From Deltaproteobacteria bacterium (GTDB lineage: Bacteria > Myxococcota > Kuafuiibacteriia > Kuafuiibacteriales > Kuafuiibacteriaceae), in NCBI GenBank assembly GCA_040218735.1, contig JAVJQW010000007.1, positions 64,001 to 128,000 on the forward strand: a DNA stretch of 64,000 nt, given 5' to 3'. Shown piece after piece: positions 17,864-27,781 of this stretch. Positions within the stretch are counted from its first letter, which is position 1. Each line of letters begins with the position of its first letter. The position numbers and the translations under genes are program-made. The notes under the pieces are model-generated. The model did not search any database. It saw nothing but the letters and a program-made list of their open reading frames with translations, and had not been told where the DNA came from.

Positions 17864-19474
17864 GTGAACCGGGGCCGGATCTTCGTCGTCGCGCTGCTCG
17901 CTGCGCTCGGATGTAAACACGCCGGCAAGAAGCCGACGCGCGGGATCGTCAAGGTCCAGCTCCTCGCGTTCAACGACTTCCACGGGAACCTGCGGCCGCC
18001 GGGTCGAGGCTGGTACGAGGACGGCGAAGAGCTGCCCGCCGGCGGCGCCGACTACTTCGCGGCGCACGTGGCGAAGTACCGCGCGGAGAATCCGAACACC
18101 GTCGTGGTGTCGGCCGGCGACCTCGTGGGCGCGAGCCCGCTGCTGTCGGCGCTCTTCCACGACGAGCCGACGATCGAGGCGATGAACGCGATCGGCCTCG
18201 ACTTCAACGGCGTCGGCAACCACGAGTTCGACGAAGGGCCCGAAGAGCTGGTGCGCCTCGCCAAGGGGGGCTGCCACCCGAAGGACGGCTGCCAGGACGG
18301 CACGCCGTACGAGGGCGCCAAGTTCGCGTTCCTCGCGGCGAACGTGCACCGCGCGGACTCGACGTTGTTTCCGCCGTACGCGATCCGCGAGTTCGAGGGG
18401 GTGAAGATCGCCTTCATCGGGATGACGCTGGAGGGGACGCCGAACGTCGTGCCGCCGGTGATCGAGGGGCTCGACTTCAGCGACGAAGCCGACACCGCGA
18501 ACGCGCTCGCCGAGAAGCTCGCGAAGGAGGGTGTGCACGCCATCGTGGTGATCGTGCACGAAGGCGGCTTCGCGAAGGGCGGCTACAACGGTTGCCGCGA
18601 CGCCTCCGGACCGATCGTCGACGTGGTGAAGCGGATGAGCCCGGCGATCGACGTCGTCGTCTCCGGCCACACGCACCAGGCGTACAACTGCGTCATCGAT
18701 CGAAAGCGCGTCACGAGCGCGGGGAGCTTCGGGCGTCTGCTGACGAAGATCGATCTCACGATCGACGGCGCCGACGGCAACATCGTCCGCGCCGACGCGA
18801 AAAACGTGATCGTCACGCACGACGTCGACGCCGACGCGGCGATCGGGAAGCTCGTCGATCGCTACGAGAAACTCGCGGCACCGCTCGCCGACGAGGTCGT
18901 CGGCCACATCACGGAGCCGCTCACGAAACGCGAGAACCCCGCGGGCGAGAGCGCGCTCGGTACGGTCATCGCGGATGCTCAGCTCGCGGCGACGCGCGCG
19001 GCCGACCAAGGGGGCGCGCAGCTCGCGATCATGAACGCGGGCGGGGTGCGGACGGATCTCGACAAGGCGGGCGAGGTGACCTTCGGGCAGATCTTCGCGG
19101 TGCAGCCGTTCGGGAACACACTCGTGACGATGAGTTTGACCGGCGAGCAGCTCGATCAGGTGCTCGAGGATCAGTGGGGCGGTGATCGCGCGCGGATGCT
19201 CAACCTCTCGTCGTCGGTCGAGTACAGCTGGAGTCGCTCGGCACCGGTGGGTGAGAAGGTCGACATCGCGTCGATCCGCATCGACGGCAAGCCGGTCGAA
19301 GCGTCCGGCACGTATCGCGTCACCGTGAACAACTACCTCGCGGATCGCGGGCTGCTGTCGAAGGGGACGGATCGAACGCCGGGAGTGCTCGATCTCGACG
19401 CGCTGGTCGCCTATCTCGCCGCCAACGATCCGCTCGCGCCGCCGGCACTCTCTCGTATTCGCTCCGTGCCCTGA
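17864..19474 (+). CDS. Bifunctional metallophosphatase / 5'-nucleotidase (UshA family), lipoprotein
   Basis: 'FNDFHG', 'AGDL', 'GNHEFD', 'SGHTH', 'NAGGVR', 'QPFGN'; lipobox LGC. Confidence 0.93.
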   Translation: MNRGRIFVVALLAALGCKHAGKKPTRGIVKVQLLAFNDFHGNLRPPGRGWYEDGEELPAGGADYFAAHVAKYRAENPNTVVVSAGDLVGASPLLSALFHDEPTIEAMNAIGLDFNGVGNHEFDEGPEELVRLAKGGCHPKDGCQDGTPYEGAKFAFLAANVHRADSTLFPPYAIREFEGVKIAFIGMTLEGTPNVVPPVIEGLDFSDEADTANALAEKLAKEGVHAIVVIVHEGGFAKGGYNGCRDASGPIVDVVKRMSPAIDVVVSGHTHQAYNCVIDRKRVTSAGSFGRLLTKIDLTIDGADGNIVRADAKNVIVTHDVDADAAIGKLVDRYEKLAAPLADEVVGHITEPLTKRENPAGESALGTVIADAQLAATRAADQGGAQLAIMNAGGVRTDLDKAGEVTFGQIFAVQPFGNTLVTMSLTGEQLDQVLEDQWGGDRARMLNLSSSVEYSWSRSAPVGEKVDIASIRIDGKPVEASGTYRVTVNNYLADRGLLSKGTDRTPGVLDLDALVAYLAANDPLAPPALSRIRSVP

Positions 19475-19530
19475 CTGTCCCGGCGATCGCCCTCTCACCT
19501 GCGGCCGGGACTTCGGGTACCGTTTCTTCG

Positions 19531-20922
19531 ATGGTGGCGATCAACCGACGCTCGGCGCTCCGCTTGCTCGGCGGCGCGGTCGGCGCGCCCTTGTTGTACG
19601 CGTGCGGCGGCCGCGATGCGCGACCGCTGTCCGAGTCGATCGACACCGTGGTGCTCCTGATGATGGAGAACCGCAGCTTCGACAATTACTACGGCGCGAT
19701 GTCGATGGTGGAGGGGCGGCGTGACCTCGATGGGCTCCTCCCTTCGATGAGCAACCCCGACCTCGCCGGCGAGGCGGTCGCGGTGCACCCCGCGGACCTG
19801 AACTGCATCGCGGATCCGCGGCACTCGTGGACGTCGAGTCACCGCCAGTTCAACGAAGGTAGGAACGACGGCTTCGTCACCGAGCACGAGCAACGGTACG
19901 GCTTCGAAGAGCGGCACCGTCCGATGGGGTACTTCGATCGTCGCACGCTCCCCGCGCACTACGGGATCGGCGGGCACTACGCGATCTGCGATCGGTGGTT
20001 CAGCTCGTTGATGACGAGCACCTGGCCCAACCGCTTCTACACCCTCGGTGCGCAGAACAACGGTATCCGCGGGAACGACTTCGAGGGCGACTACGGCTTC
20101 ATCAACATCTACGACCGCCTCGGCCGCGCCGGCATCCCGTGGTCGGTCTACTACGGGAACATCTCGTTCTCGTCGCTGTTCCCGCGCAAGTACCCGCAAG
20201 ACAACTTTCGGGAGCTGATGCGGTTCTTCGACGACGCGGAGGCGGGCACGCTGCCGAACTTCGTGATGGTCGAACCGATCTACGGGCGCAACGACGATCA
20301 CCCGCCGGAGCACCCGCTCGCGGGGCAGGTGTTGATCCAGTCGATCTACGACGCGCTCGCGAAGAGCCCGCAGTGGGAGCGCTCGCTCTTCATCGTCACC
20401 TACGACGAACACGGTGGCTTCTTCGATCACGTCGCGCCGCCGAAGGTGCCGGACCTCTTCGCGGACGACGGGTTCGATCAGCTCGGGTTCCGCGTGCCGG
20501 CGTTCGTCGCGGGGCCGTTCGTGAAGCAGGGGCACGTCGAGCACACCGTCTTCGATCACACGTCGGTGCTCGCGTTCGTCGAGCGGCTGTGGGGCCTCAA
20601 CCCGCTCACCCCCCGTGACGCTGCGGCGAACGACCTGAGCGTGCTGCTCGACGAGCGACGCCTGCGCGACGACCGGCCCGCGGCGCCGCTCGAGCTCCCG
20701 CGGATCGACGCCGAAGAGTCCGTGATCTATGCGCCGGAGTGTGTCGTGAGCATCGGACCGTTCGCCGGCGCGTTGGATCTGTTCGGTCAGCCGGAGCTGA
20801 CGGCGTTCGTCGCGAATCACTTCGCGGGTACGTCGTTCGACCGACGGCACCAGACCGACACGGTCTACGAGGACTTCCTCGAGCACGCCGAGCGGCGTGG
20901 TGTCCTGCGCCGCAGAATTTGA
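19531..20922 (+). CDS. Phosphoesterase / phospholipase C (AcpA/Plc family), Tat-type lipoprotein
   Basis: 'NRRSALR' twin-Arg with 'LYAC'; 'MENRSFD', 'TWPNR', 'TYDEHGGFFDHV'. Confidence 0.92.
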   Translation: MVAINRRSALRLLGGAVGAPLLYACGGRDARPLSESIDTVVLLMMENRSFDNYYGAMSMVEGRRDLDGLLPSMSNPDLAGEAVAVHPADLNCIADPRHSWTSSHRQFNEGRNDGFVTEHEQRYGFEERHRPMGYFDRRTLPAHYGIGGHYAICDRWFSSLMTSTWPNRFYTLGAQNNGIRGNDFEGDYGFINIYDRLGRAGIPWSVYYGNISFSSLFPRKYPQDNFRELMRFFDDAEAGTLPNFVMVEPIYGRNDDHPPEHPLAGQVLIQSIYDALAKSPQWERSLFIVTYDEHGGFFDHVAPPKVPDLFADDGFDQLGFRVPAFVAGPFVKQGHVEHTVFDHTSVLAFVERLWGLNPLTPRDAAANDLSVLLDERRLRDDRPAAPLELPRIDAEESVIYAPECVVSIGPFAGALDLFGQPELTAFVANHFAGTSFDRRHQTDTVYEDFLEHAERRGVLRRRI

Positions 20923-21034
20923 CCGCGGTCACGCCGCGCCGATCACGGGCCCGTGTTAGATCGTTCGCGCGTCGGGTGCGTTCGAGGGCCGAACGTCCCC
21001 GAACCCCAACGAGAGAGCGAAAGTCGAAGATCCG

Positions 21035-23065
21035 ATGTCGTTGCCCCTATTGTTCGCCGCGCTCGCGGCGGCCCCCGTCCCCAAAATTAACGCCGGTCCC
21101 GATCTCGCCGACCAGGCCGTCGACGTCGACGCGCCGATTCAGCGAGTCACCGTCTTCTCCGACCGCGCCACCGTGATGCGCCGCGCGACGGTGCCGATGG
21201 GGAGCGCGATCGTCACCGCGCGGCTCCCCGAGCTCCCCGGCAACACGTCGGCCGGGAGCGTCCGCGTATCCGCGCGCGGTGCGCAAGTCTGGCGTATCGA
21301 GGTTGCGCCGGTCTCGAAGATCGGGATCTCCATCCCGCAGGCCGACGCTTGGCTCGAACAGATCGACGAGCTCACCGACGAGATCGCACGCGTCGACGCG
21401 CGCATTGCCGCGGTCGACTTCCGGCTGAGCCTGCTCATGGGCATCAACCCCGCGGCGCCGGTGCCGGAGGCCCAGCGCGACGGTCGCCCGCGCGCGCCCC
21501 TCGCACCCTCGGTGTGGCAGCGGGCGATGGCGTTCCTGAGCACCGACCGCGCCGCGGCGCGAGCGGCGCGTCGTGGCCTCGTCGACGAACGCGAGAAACA
21601 CAGTGAAGCGCTCGCGCAGCTGCAGCGGGAGATCGCGCGCCTCAATCAGGGCGGCTTCTCCAGCCAGCGCCAGCAGGTCGTCGTGATCCTGCAGAAGGAA
21701 GGCAAGGCCAACGCGACGCTGGAGGTCGAGTACACCGTGCCGGGTGCGTCCTGGCGGCCCGCGTACGACCTCACCTACCTCGCGGCGAAGAACCAGGTCG
21801 TGCTCGAGACGTCGGCGCGGGTGACGCAGGCGTCGGGCGAGGACTGGAGCGACGTCGAGCTGCTGCTGTCGACGGCCATCCCCGGCGCGAACATCGCGCT
21901 GCCGAAGCTGCTGACGTGGACGCTCGGGGAGGCGAAGGAGCTCATCCCTCAGCCCCGTCCGCGCACGGCGCTGCCGCGCCCGCAGGTCTTCGCCCCGCCG
22001 CGTCCGGTGGTGAGCGAGCGCGACCGCGAGCGCGCGGAGCGGATTCAGCTGCTGCAACAGCGGTTGCAGCTCGCGTCGAACGTCACGAAGGAGCGCGTCA
22101 CGATCGACTTCTCGGACATGAACATCCAGGGCGAGCTGGTGAAGCCCGAGGGCGCGTACATCAAGCTGGCCGAGAAGAAGCGCTCGCGTCCGCCGAGCCG
22201 CCGGAGCCGTCGGATGCAATCCGACGCTCCTTCCGCGGCGCCGTCCGCGCCGATGCCGATGGACGAGGCGGACGTGATGATGTCCGAGTCGATCGTCACG
22301 ACGGGGGCCTCGGCGGGCTCCGCGTCCGCGCAAGCCAGGTTGCGGGCGTCCGGACCGAGCGGTAGCCGCCGCGGGCTCGCGCTGTACGAGTCGGCGCCAC
22401 CGCCGCGCTTCCGTTTCAGCGATCAGTCGCTCCCGGCGATGCTCGCGGGGGGCTTCGACTACGTCTACGAAGCCCAGACGCAGACGACGGTGCCTTCGGA
22501 CGGTCGTGAGGTGCGAGTGCCGCTGTCCGCGGACCAGCACCCGGTGCAGGCGTACTACGAGGCGACGCCGTCGCTCGCGAAGACGGCGTACCTGGAGGCG
22601 ACGGTCACGAACCAGAGCAAGCAGCCGATCCTCGGCGGGCCGGTGACGATCTTCGTCGGTGATCAGTTCTCCGGCGACGGGAGCCTCGCGACGACGGGCC
22701 CCGGCGGCGACATCGAGCTGCCGCTCGGTGCCGACGAGGACGTGAAGGTCGAGCGGCGCATCGAGCCGCAGACGGAGACGAGCGGCGTCATCATGCGCGA
22801 GGACATCACGACGTACCGCGTGGTGCTGCAGGTCGCGAACTTCAAGCGGCGCGCGATCACGGTGGGGGTGATGGAGCCGCTGCCGAAGACGACGAACGAG
22901 GACATCGAGATCGAGCTCGTGAGCGCGAAGCCGAAGCAGACGAAGGGGCCGGACGAGCAGGGGCTCATGCGGTGGGACGTCGAGCTGAAGCCGGGTGAGA
23001 AGAAGACGATCGAGCTGGTCTACAAGATCGAGCGGCCGGAAAACTGGCAGCTCTACCAGCGATGA
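21035..23065 (+). CDS. DUF4140/DUF4139 (MuiA-like) exported protein
   Basis: 'IQRVTVFSDRATV', coiled coil, 'YTVPGASWRPAYDL', 'QASGEDWSDVELLLST', 'LPLGADEDV'. Confidence 0.9.
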   Translation: MSLPLLFAALAAAPVPKINAGPDLADQAVDVDAPIQRVTVFSDRATVMRRATVPMGSAIVTARLPELPGNTSAGSVRVSARGAQVWRIEVAPVSKIGISIPQADAWLEQIDELTDEIARVDARIAAVDFRLSLLMGINPAAPVPEAQRDGRPRAPLAPSVWQRAMAFLSTDRAAARAARRGLVDEREKHSEALAQLQREIARLNQGGFSSQRQQVVVILQKEGKANATLEVEYTVPGASWRPAYDLTYLAAKNQVVLETSARVTQASGEDWSDVELLLSTAIPGANIALPKLLTWTLGEAKELIPQPRPRTALPRPQVFAPPRPVVSERDRERAERIQLLQQRLQLASNVTKERVTIDFSDMNIQGELVKPEGAYIKLAEKKRSRPPSRRSRRMQSDAPSAAPSAPMPMDEADVMMSESIVTTGASAGSASAQARLRASGPSGSRRGLALYESAPPPRFRFSDQSLPAMLAGGFDYVYEAQTQTTVPSDGREVRVPLSADQHPVQAYYEATPSLAKTAYLEATVTNQSKQPILGGPVTIFVGDQFSGDGSLATTGPGGDIELPLGADEDVKVERRIEPQTETSGVIMREDITTYRVVLQVANFKRRAITVGVMEPLPKTTNEDIEIELVSAKPKQTKGPDEQGLMRWDVELKPGEKKTIELVYKIERPENWQLYQR

Positions 23066-23076
23066 GGAGGCGCACC

Positions 23077-24681
23077 ATGAAGTATTCGATCACGATTCTG
23101 TCCCTCCTCATCAGCGCGCCGGCGTTCGGCGCGGACGGCGACATCACGGATGTCACGGTGTTCTCGGATCGCGCGGAGGTCACGCGTACGGCGCGGGCGC
23201 AGTGCGACGGTACGGGGCGCGGCGAAGTGCAGTTCCCGCCGCTGCCGGTGTCGATCGACATGCGCACGCTGCGCGCGGAGGCTGCGGGCCGCGCGCGCGC
23301 GGTGGGGGTGTCGAGTCGGCGGACCTCCGTGGTCGCCGAGCAGGACGACGCCCGTTCGAAGCTCGAGAAACAGATCGAGGACATCGACGCGAAGCTGAAG
23401 GTCCTGAACGACGCGCAGGTGGAGAGCGACGAGCGCTCGCGCACCGCGCAGGGATTCACGTCCTACTACAAGAACGTGGTCGGCGAGGCGATCCGCGACC
23501 CGCGGGCGAAGTCTTCCGAGTGGAAGGCGGCGGTCGACTTCCTCGTCGCGCAGATCGAGGAGGAGCGTCTGAAGACCGTCGAGCGCGGGGTCCAGACAAG
23601 GGCCTTGAACCGCGAGCGTCAGTCGTTGGCGAACGACCTCGCGCGCCTCGGTGCCGCGGGGAGCGCGCGCGAGGTGATCGACGCGCGGGTCGCCGTGCAG
23701 TGCGGCGGTGAGAACGCGCCGTCGGTGCGGCTGTCGTACGTGGTGCCGGGCGCGACGTGGCGACCGGAGTACGACCTGCGCTTCGACGCGAAGGCGCGCG
23801 ACGGGATCGGCGGGGGCACGGTGTCGCTGACGGTCGGGGCGATCGTCACGCAGTCGACGGGCGAGGACTGGACCGACGCGAGGATCGCAATGTCGACATC
23901 CAAGCCGCGCCTCGGGAGCTCGGCGCCGCTGCCGGCCGCGCTGTACATCGACGGCAACAAGGCGGGCGACGAGAAGGTCTTGGTGTCGGGGCAGGAGGAG
24001 CGCAAGAACCTGTCGGGTGCGAAGGACGCCGAGGCGGCGGGTCCGCAGAGCGTCGAGCTGGAGGACTTCGGTCAGACGTTCACGTTGTCGTTCCCGCACG
24101 CGGCGACGGTGAAGGCGGACGGTCGTCCGTACTGGATGCCGGTGGATCGGGTGCGCGGGAAGGGCGACGCGACGTTGGTCGCGGTGCCGAAGCTGTCGCG
24201 CTACGTCTACCTCGCGCTCGCGTTCGACAACCCGGCGAAGTTCCCGCTCCTGGAGGGGACGGTGCACCTGTACCGCGGAGGATCTTGGGTGGGCGACGCG
24301 ACGATGACGTACCGCGCGCCGCGCGAGCCGATCGAGCTGTCGCTCGGCGTCGATGAGTCGTACTTGGTCGACCGCTTCGATCTGCGCGAGGCCGACGAGA
24401 CGTCGAGCTTCCTCGGCGGCACGCGTCGCTACGAGCGTCGTTACCGCACGCGGATCGAGAACCGCTCGGCGTCGAAGGTGCGTATCGAGATCCGCGAGCA
24501 CATCCCCGTCAGCAAGGACGAGGACATCGAGGTCACGCTCGACAAGGAGACGACGAAGGGCCGCAAGTTCGACAAGGACCGAGGCTTCGTCACCTTCCAG
24601 CTCGACGTCCCGGCGCGGAAGTCCGCGAGCACGGATCTGGCCTATACGATCGCGCTGCCGAAGGACTGGAAGGTCAACTGA
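23077..24681 (+). CDS. Second DUF4140/DUF4139 exported protein
   Basis: GAGGAGG RBS; signal peptide; 'ITDVTVFSDRAEV', 'YVVPGATWRPEYDL', 'QSTGEDWTD', 'LSLGVD'. Confidence 0.9.
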   Translation: MKYSITILSLLISAPAFGADGDITDVTVFSDRAEVTRTARAQCDGTGRGEVQFPPLPVSIDMRTLRAEAAGRARAVGVSSRRTSVVAEQDDARSKLEKQIEDIDAKLKVLNDAQVESDERSRTAQGFTSYYKNVVGEAIRDPRAKSSEWKAAVDFLVAQIEEERLKTVERGVQTRALNRERQSLANDLARLGAAGSAREVIDARVAVQCGGENAPSVRLSYVVPGATWRPEYDLRFDAKARDGIGGGTVSLTVGAIVTQSTGEDWTDARIAMSTSKPRLGSSAPLPAALYIDGNKAGDEKVLVSGQEERKNLSGAKDAEAAGPQSVELEDFGQTFTLSFPHAATVKADGRPYWMPVDRVRGKGDATLVAVPKLSRYVYLALAFDNPAKFPLLEGTVHLYRGGSWVGDATMTYRAPREPIELSLGVDESYLVDRFDLREADETSSFLGGTRRYERRYRTRIENRSASKVRIEIREHIPVSKDEDIEVTLDKETTKGRKFDKDRGFVTFQLDVPARKSASTDLAYTIALPKDWKVN

Positions 24682-24684
24682 CGG

Positions 24685-26091
24685 TCACGCTTCGTCGTCG
24701 AGGGCCACGCCCTCGACGCGGACCGACGCGCCCACCAGGGGCCCGCGCGTGCGATCCGGCCCGACCGGTTGTGCGGCGACCTCCAAGTCGCCGCTCTCCT
24801 CGAGCTTCTCGACGAGGCGGTGCACGCTCTTCAGGTCCACCGACTGCACTTCGCTGATCAGCGCGCACACCAGCTCTTTGGTGTCGTTGGTCTCGGACAG
24901 CAGTGACTCGATGAACTCCCGGCGCACGCCGCGGTCACCCGCGACCTCGCGCCACCGCGCCCAGAAGCGGCGCGACCTTCGTTCGTACGGGAGCGGAATG
25001 ATCTCCGACGCAAACGGAATCAACACCCCGTACAGCGCGCGGACGTGATGCATCGCCGCGCGCGGTTTCGGCGGGGAGGTCACCGGCCGGCGTGCGCTTC
25101 GTCGTCGGATGACACCCGGCTTGGGCGCCAAGCGGCTCGGGCCTCGATCCTCCGCGACCTCTTCCACTTGCAACTCGGCTTGCGAAGGCAGCGCGACGAG
25201 CTCCGCGCTCTCGCTCTCGAGCAACGCCTCGGTCGCGTCTTCCTCCTCGACCACGGGGCCCGGCCGGAAGGACGCCACCGTTCGCTCGGGCGTCTCGACG
25301 AGGCCCGCCGCGTCGGGGACGTTCAGCTCGGCGCGGGGGTGAGGGGGCTCGGTGGGGTGGCGTTCGTCGTCGCCGCCGTCGGTCGAGTCGCCGACGTCGA
25401 GGTCGCTCACCATGCGGCGCTGAACCTCTGGGAGGTCGATGTGGCGCGTGGGTTTTTCGTCCTCGTCGAACGGCGTCGTCGCGGGGAGCTCGAGGTCCGG
25501 CAGGATGGTCGCGGACGACGAACCGATGCGGTTACGTGGACGCGCCTCGACCGGGATCGGCGGAGGCGCCGGCGGCTGGGGCGCCGACTCGAGCCCGGTG
25601 TCGGTGCGGAGCAGGGCGCGCGTCGGTTTGGCGTCGTCCTCGAAGAAGCCGTCGGTCGGTGGCATCGAAGCGCCGGTGCTCACGTGCCGCTCCACGCGCG
25701 AGTCGGTGTCCGACGGCGACTCGGAGACGATCGCGTCGTCGGCGTACATGGTTTGGGGGGTGTCGAAGTCCGGGGCGACCGTCGCCTCGCGTCGAAGTCC
25801 GACCGGTTTGGGGGGCAGCTGAAACGAATCGACGGTGTGGTCGTCGGTCTCGGGGCCCGTCGCCGAGGACGGCAGCGCGGTCACCCCCTCGGACTCGAAG
25901 GTCTCGTCCGGGTCGACGGCGGCCTCCGGCTGGGGGAGGAGCGCCTCGCCGACCGCCTCCAGCATGCGTCGCGCGAGCTCGGCCCGCGCCGGGTCGTCGG
26001 TCTCTGCGGCTTCGGTCCGCCATTGCACGAGGGTCTGAATGACGCGCTCGGACGCGAGGGCGCTGAGGTCATGGCGGAGCGCGGAGATCAT
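24685..26091 (-). CDS. Hypothetical protein: helical N- and C-terminal domains around a long acidic/Pro-rich linker
   Basis: GGAGG RBS before ATG 26091; 3' half of the 965-aa ORF (its 5' half is a shadow of the + strand gene). Confidence 0.75.
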   Translation of the reverse strand: MISALRHDLSALASERVIQTLVQWRTEAAETDDPARAELARRMLEAVGEALLPQPEAAVDPDETFESEGVTALPSSATGPETDDHTVDSFQLPPKPVGLRREATVAPDFDTPQTMYADDAIVSESPSDTDSRVERHVSTGASMPPTDGFFEDDAKPTRALLRTDTGLESAPQPPAPPPIPVEARPRNRIGSSSATILPDLELPATTPFDEDEKPTRHIDLPEVQRRMVSDLDVGDSTDGGDDERHPTEPPHPRAELNVPDAAGLVETPERTVASFRPGPVVEEEDATEALLESESAELVALPSQAELQVEEVAEDRGPSRLAPKPGVIRRRSARRPVTSPPKPRAAMHHVRALYGVLIPFASEIIPLPYERRSRRFWARWREVAGDRGVRREFIESLLSETNDTKELVCALISEVQSVDLKSVHRLVEKLEESGDLEVAAQPVGPDRTRGPLVGASVRVEGVALDDEA

Positions 26092-26232
26092 CGCCTCCGG
26101 CCAGATCGACTCGGGAATGGGGGTATCCCATCCACTTGGAAGGCCCCGGCCGTCGCGCGCCACGATTTCGGAGCATACTACAGGCCGCGATCGGATCTGC
26201 CGTGAATGTTCCGGACGCGGAGGGGCACTGAC

Positions 26233-27681
26233 ATGACGTTGGGCGGGAACACCGACAACCGGCACCTCGATGACGGGACGCTCCACGCGTACGCCGCCGA
26301 CGAGGTGGACCCTACGCAGCGGGCGGTGATCGAGCGTCACCTCGACCGCTGCGCGTCGTGCCGCACCGCCCTCGGGCGCGTGGGCGCGGTCGCCGGGTTG
26401 ATGCGCCGGATGGCGCCCGTCGAGCCCGACGATCTGAGCTGGCGACGAATGCAGGAGCGGGTCCGCGAGCGCCTCGAGAAGGACGCGAAGGCCCAGGTCA
26501 CCACGCTCGACCTCGTCATGGGGCGGCGCTGGGTCACGGCCGGCATCGCGGCGGTGGCCGCGGTCGCGCTCCTGGTCTGGTTCACGCCCCCGCGCCGCCC
26601 GGCGCCGCGTCGCCCGGTGGCGGCCGCGACGCCCGCGCCGCCGGAGGCTCAGGTCGTCACGAGCGGCGATGCGCCGCTGGACGTGCGCCTCGCGACCGGC
26701 GCGCGGCTGAGGCTCGCCGAGCGCAGCCGCCTCGTCGCTTCGCCGGGCGCGGACGGTGGGGTCTCGTTGGATCTCCAAATCGGTGCGTTGGACGTCCGCC
26801 TGCCCGAGCGTCCGACCCCGTTGGAGCCGTTCGAGGTCCGGACCCCCGCATTCTCGGCGTGGTCTCGCAGCCGGGACTTCTCGGTCGGGTACCGCGCCGA
26901 CAAGTTCCTGGTCGCGGTTCGCGAGGGCGAGGTCGACGTCGAGGGCGAGGCCTTCGGTGGTCGCGACACCGTGGTCGAGGGCGAACGGCGCGAGGTCCGG
27001 ATCCGGGCCGACGTCGAGGAGAAGAAGACCGTCGCGATTCGTGCGCCGACGCGCCGGCCGCCCGCGCCGGAGCCGGACGAGGCGCCCGAACCCGAGATCA
27101 CGAGCAGCCGCGGCGAGACCAAGGTCGAGGTCGTGGCCCCGGACGATGACCCGGTGGCGGAGCGTTGGCGCCAGGCGTCGCGCGCGTACTACCGCGATCG
27201 TGACCTGAACCGGGCGATCGAGCACGCGGAGGCCGTGGTGGCCGAGGGTGGCGATCGCGCGGAGGGGCTCCTCGCGCGGCGGCTGATCTGCGACGCCCGC
27301 ATCGCTCTGGAGCAGCCGAACGAGGCGATCAAGGCCTGTGGGGCGCTCCTGGACCACGAGTCCGGCGACGAAGAGCGGCGCGCCGTCCACTACATGCTCG
27401 CGACGATCCATCGAACGCAGCTCGGCGACTGTCGCCGGGCGAACGAACAATACGCGCAGGTTCTTCTGTATGGGCGGGGTGCGCTCCTCGATGACGAGGC
27501 GCGTCTGTTCAGGGCCGGGTGCTCGCTGGATCTCGGCGACCTCGAGTCCGCGCAGAAGGACATCCGTGCCCTGGCGCCCCACGCGGCGCGCCTGTCACGG
27601 CCTGCAGAGTTGCGCGCTCTCGAATCTCGGCTGAAATCCGCGATCGAGGGTCAAGGTACGAAAGAGAAGGCCGATGAGTAG
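26233..27681 (+). CDS. zf-HC2 anti-sigma-like protein with FecR-like and TPR domains
   Basis: 'HLDRCASC', TM 'WVTAGIAAVAAVALLVWF', FecR-like 'LDLQIGALDV...FEVRTP...FSV...VAVREGEVDV', TPR-like helical C-terminus. Confidence 0.82.
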   Translation: MTLGGNTDNRHLDDGTLHAYAADEVDPTQRAVIERHLDRCASCRTALGRVGAVAGLMRRMAPVEPDDLSWRRMQERVRERLEKDAKAQVTTLDLVMGRRWVTAGIAAVAAVALLVWFTPPRRPAPRRPVAAATPAPPEAQVVTSGDAPLDVRLATGARLRLAERSRLVASPGADGGVSLDLQIGALDVRLPERPTPLEPFEVRTPAFSAWSRSRDFSVGYRADKFLVAVREGEVDVEGEAFGGRDTVVEGERREVRIRADVEEKKTVAIRAPTRRPPAPEPDEAPEPEITSSRGETKVEVVAPDDDPVAERWRQASRAYYRDRDLNRAIEHAEAVVAEGGDRAEGLLARRLICDARIALEQPNEAIKACGALLDHESGDEERRAVHYMLATIHRTQLGDCRRANEQYAQVLLYGRGALLDDEARLFRAGCSLDLGDLESAQKDIRALAPHAARLSRPAELRALESRLKSAIEGQGTKEKADE

Positions 27682-27781
27682 CCATGAATCACGACTCGCG
27701 GGGACGGGTGTGTCGAGCGGGGGAGGCCGTGCGGTGAAGGGGTTTGACAGTAACAACGAGGCGACTTACAGAGCGGCCTCC

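Noticed and set aside
24685-27582. 965-aa minus-strand ORF as one CDS
   Set aside because: The 5' half is the antisense shadow of the ZAS-FecR gene; a GGAGG RBS supports a start at 26091.
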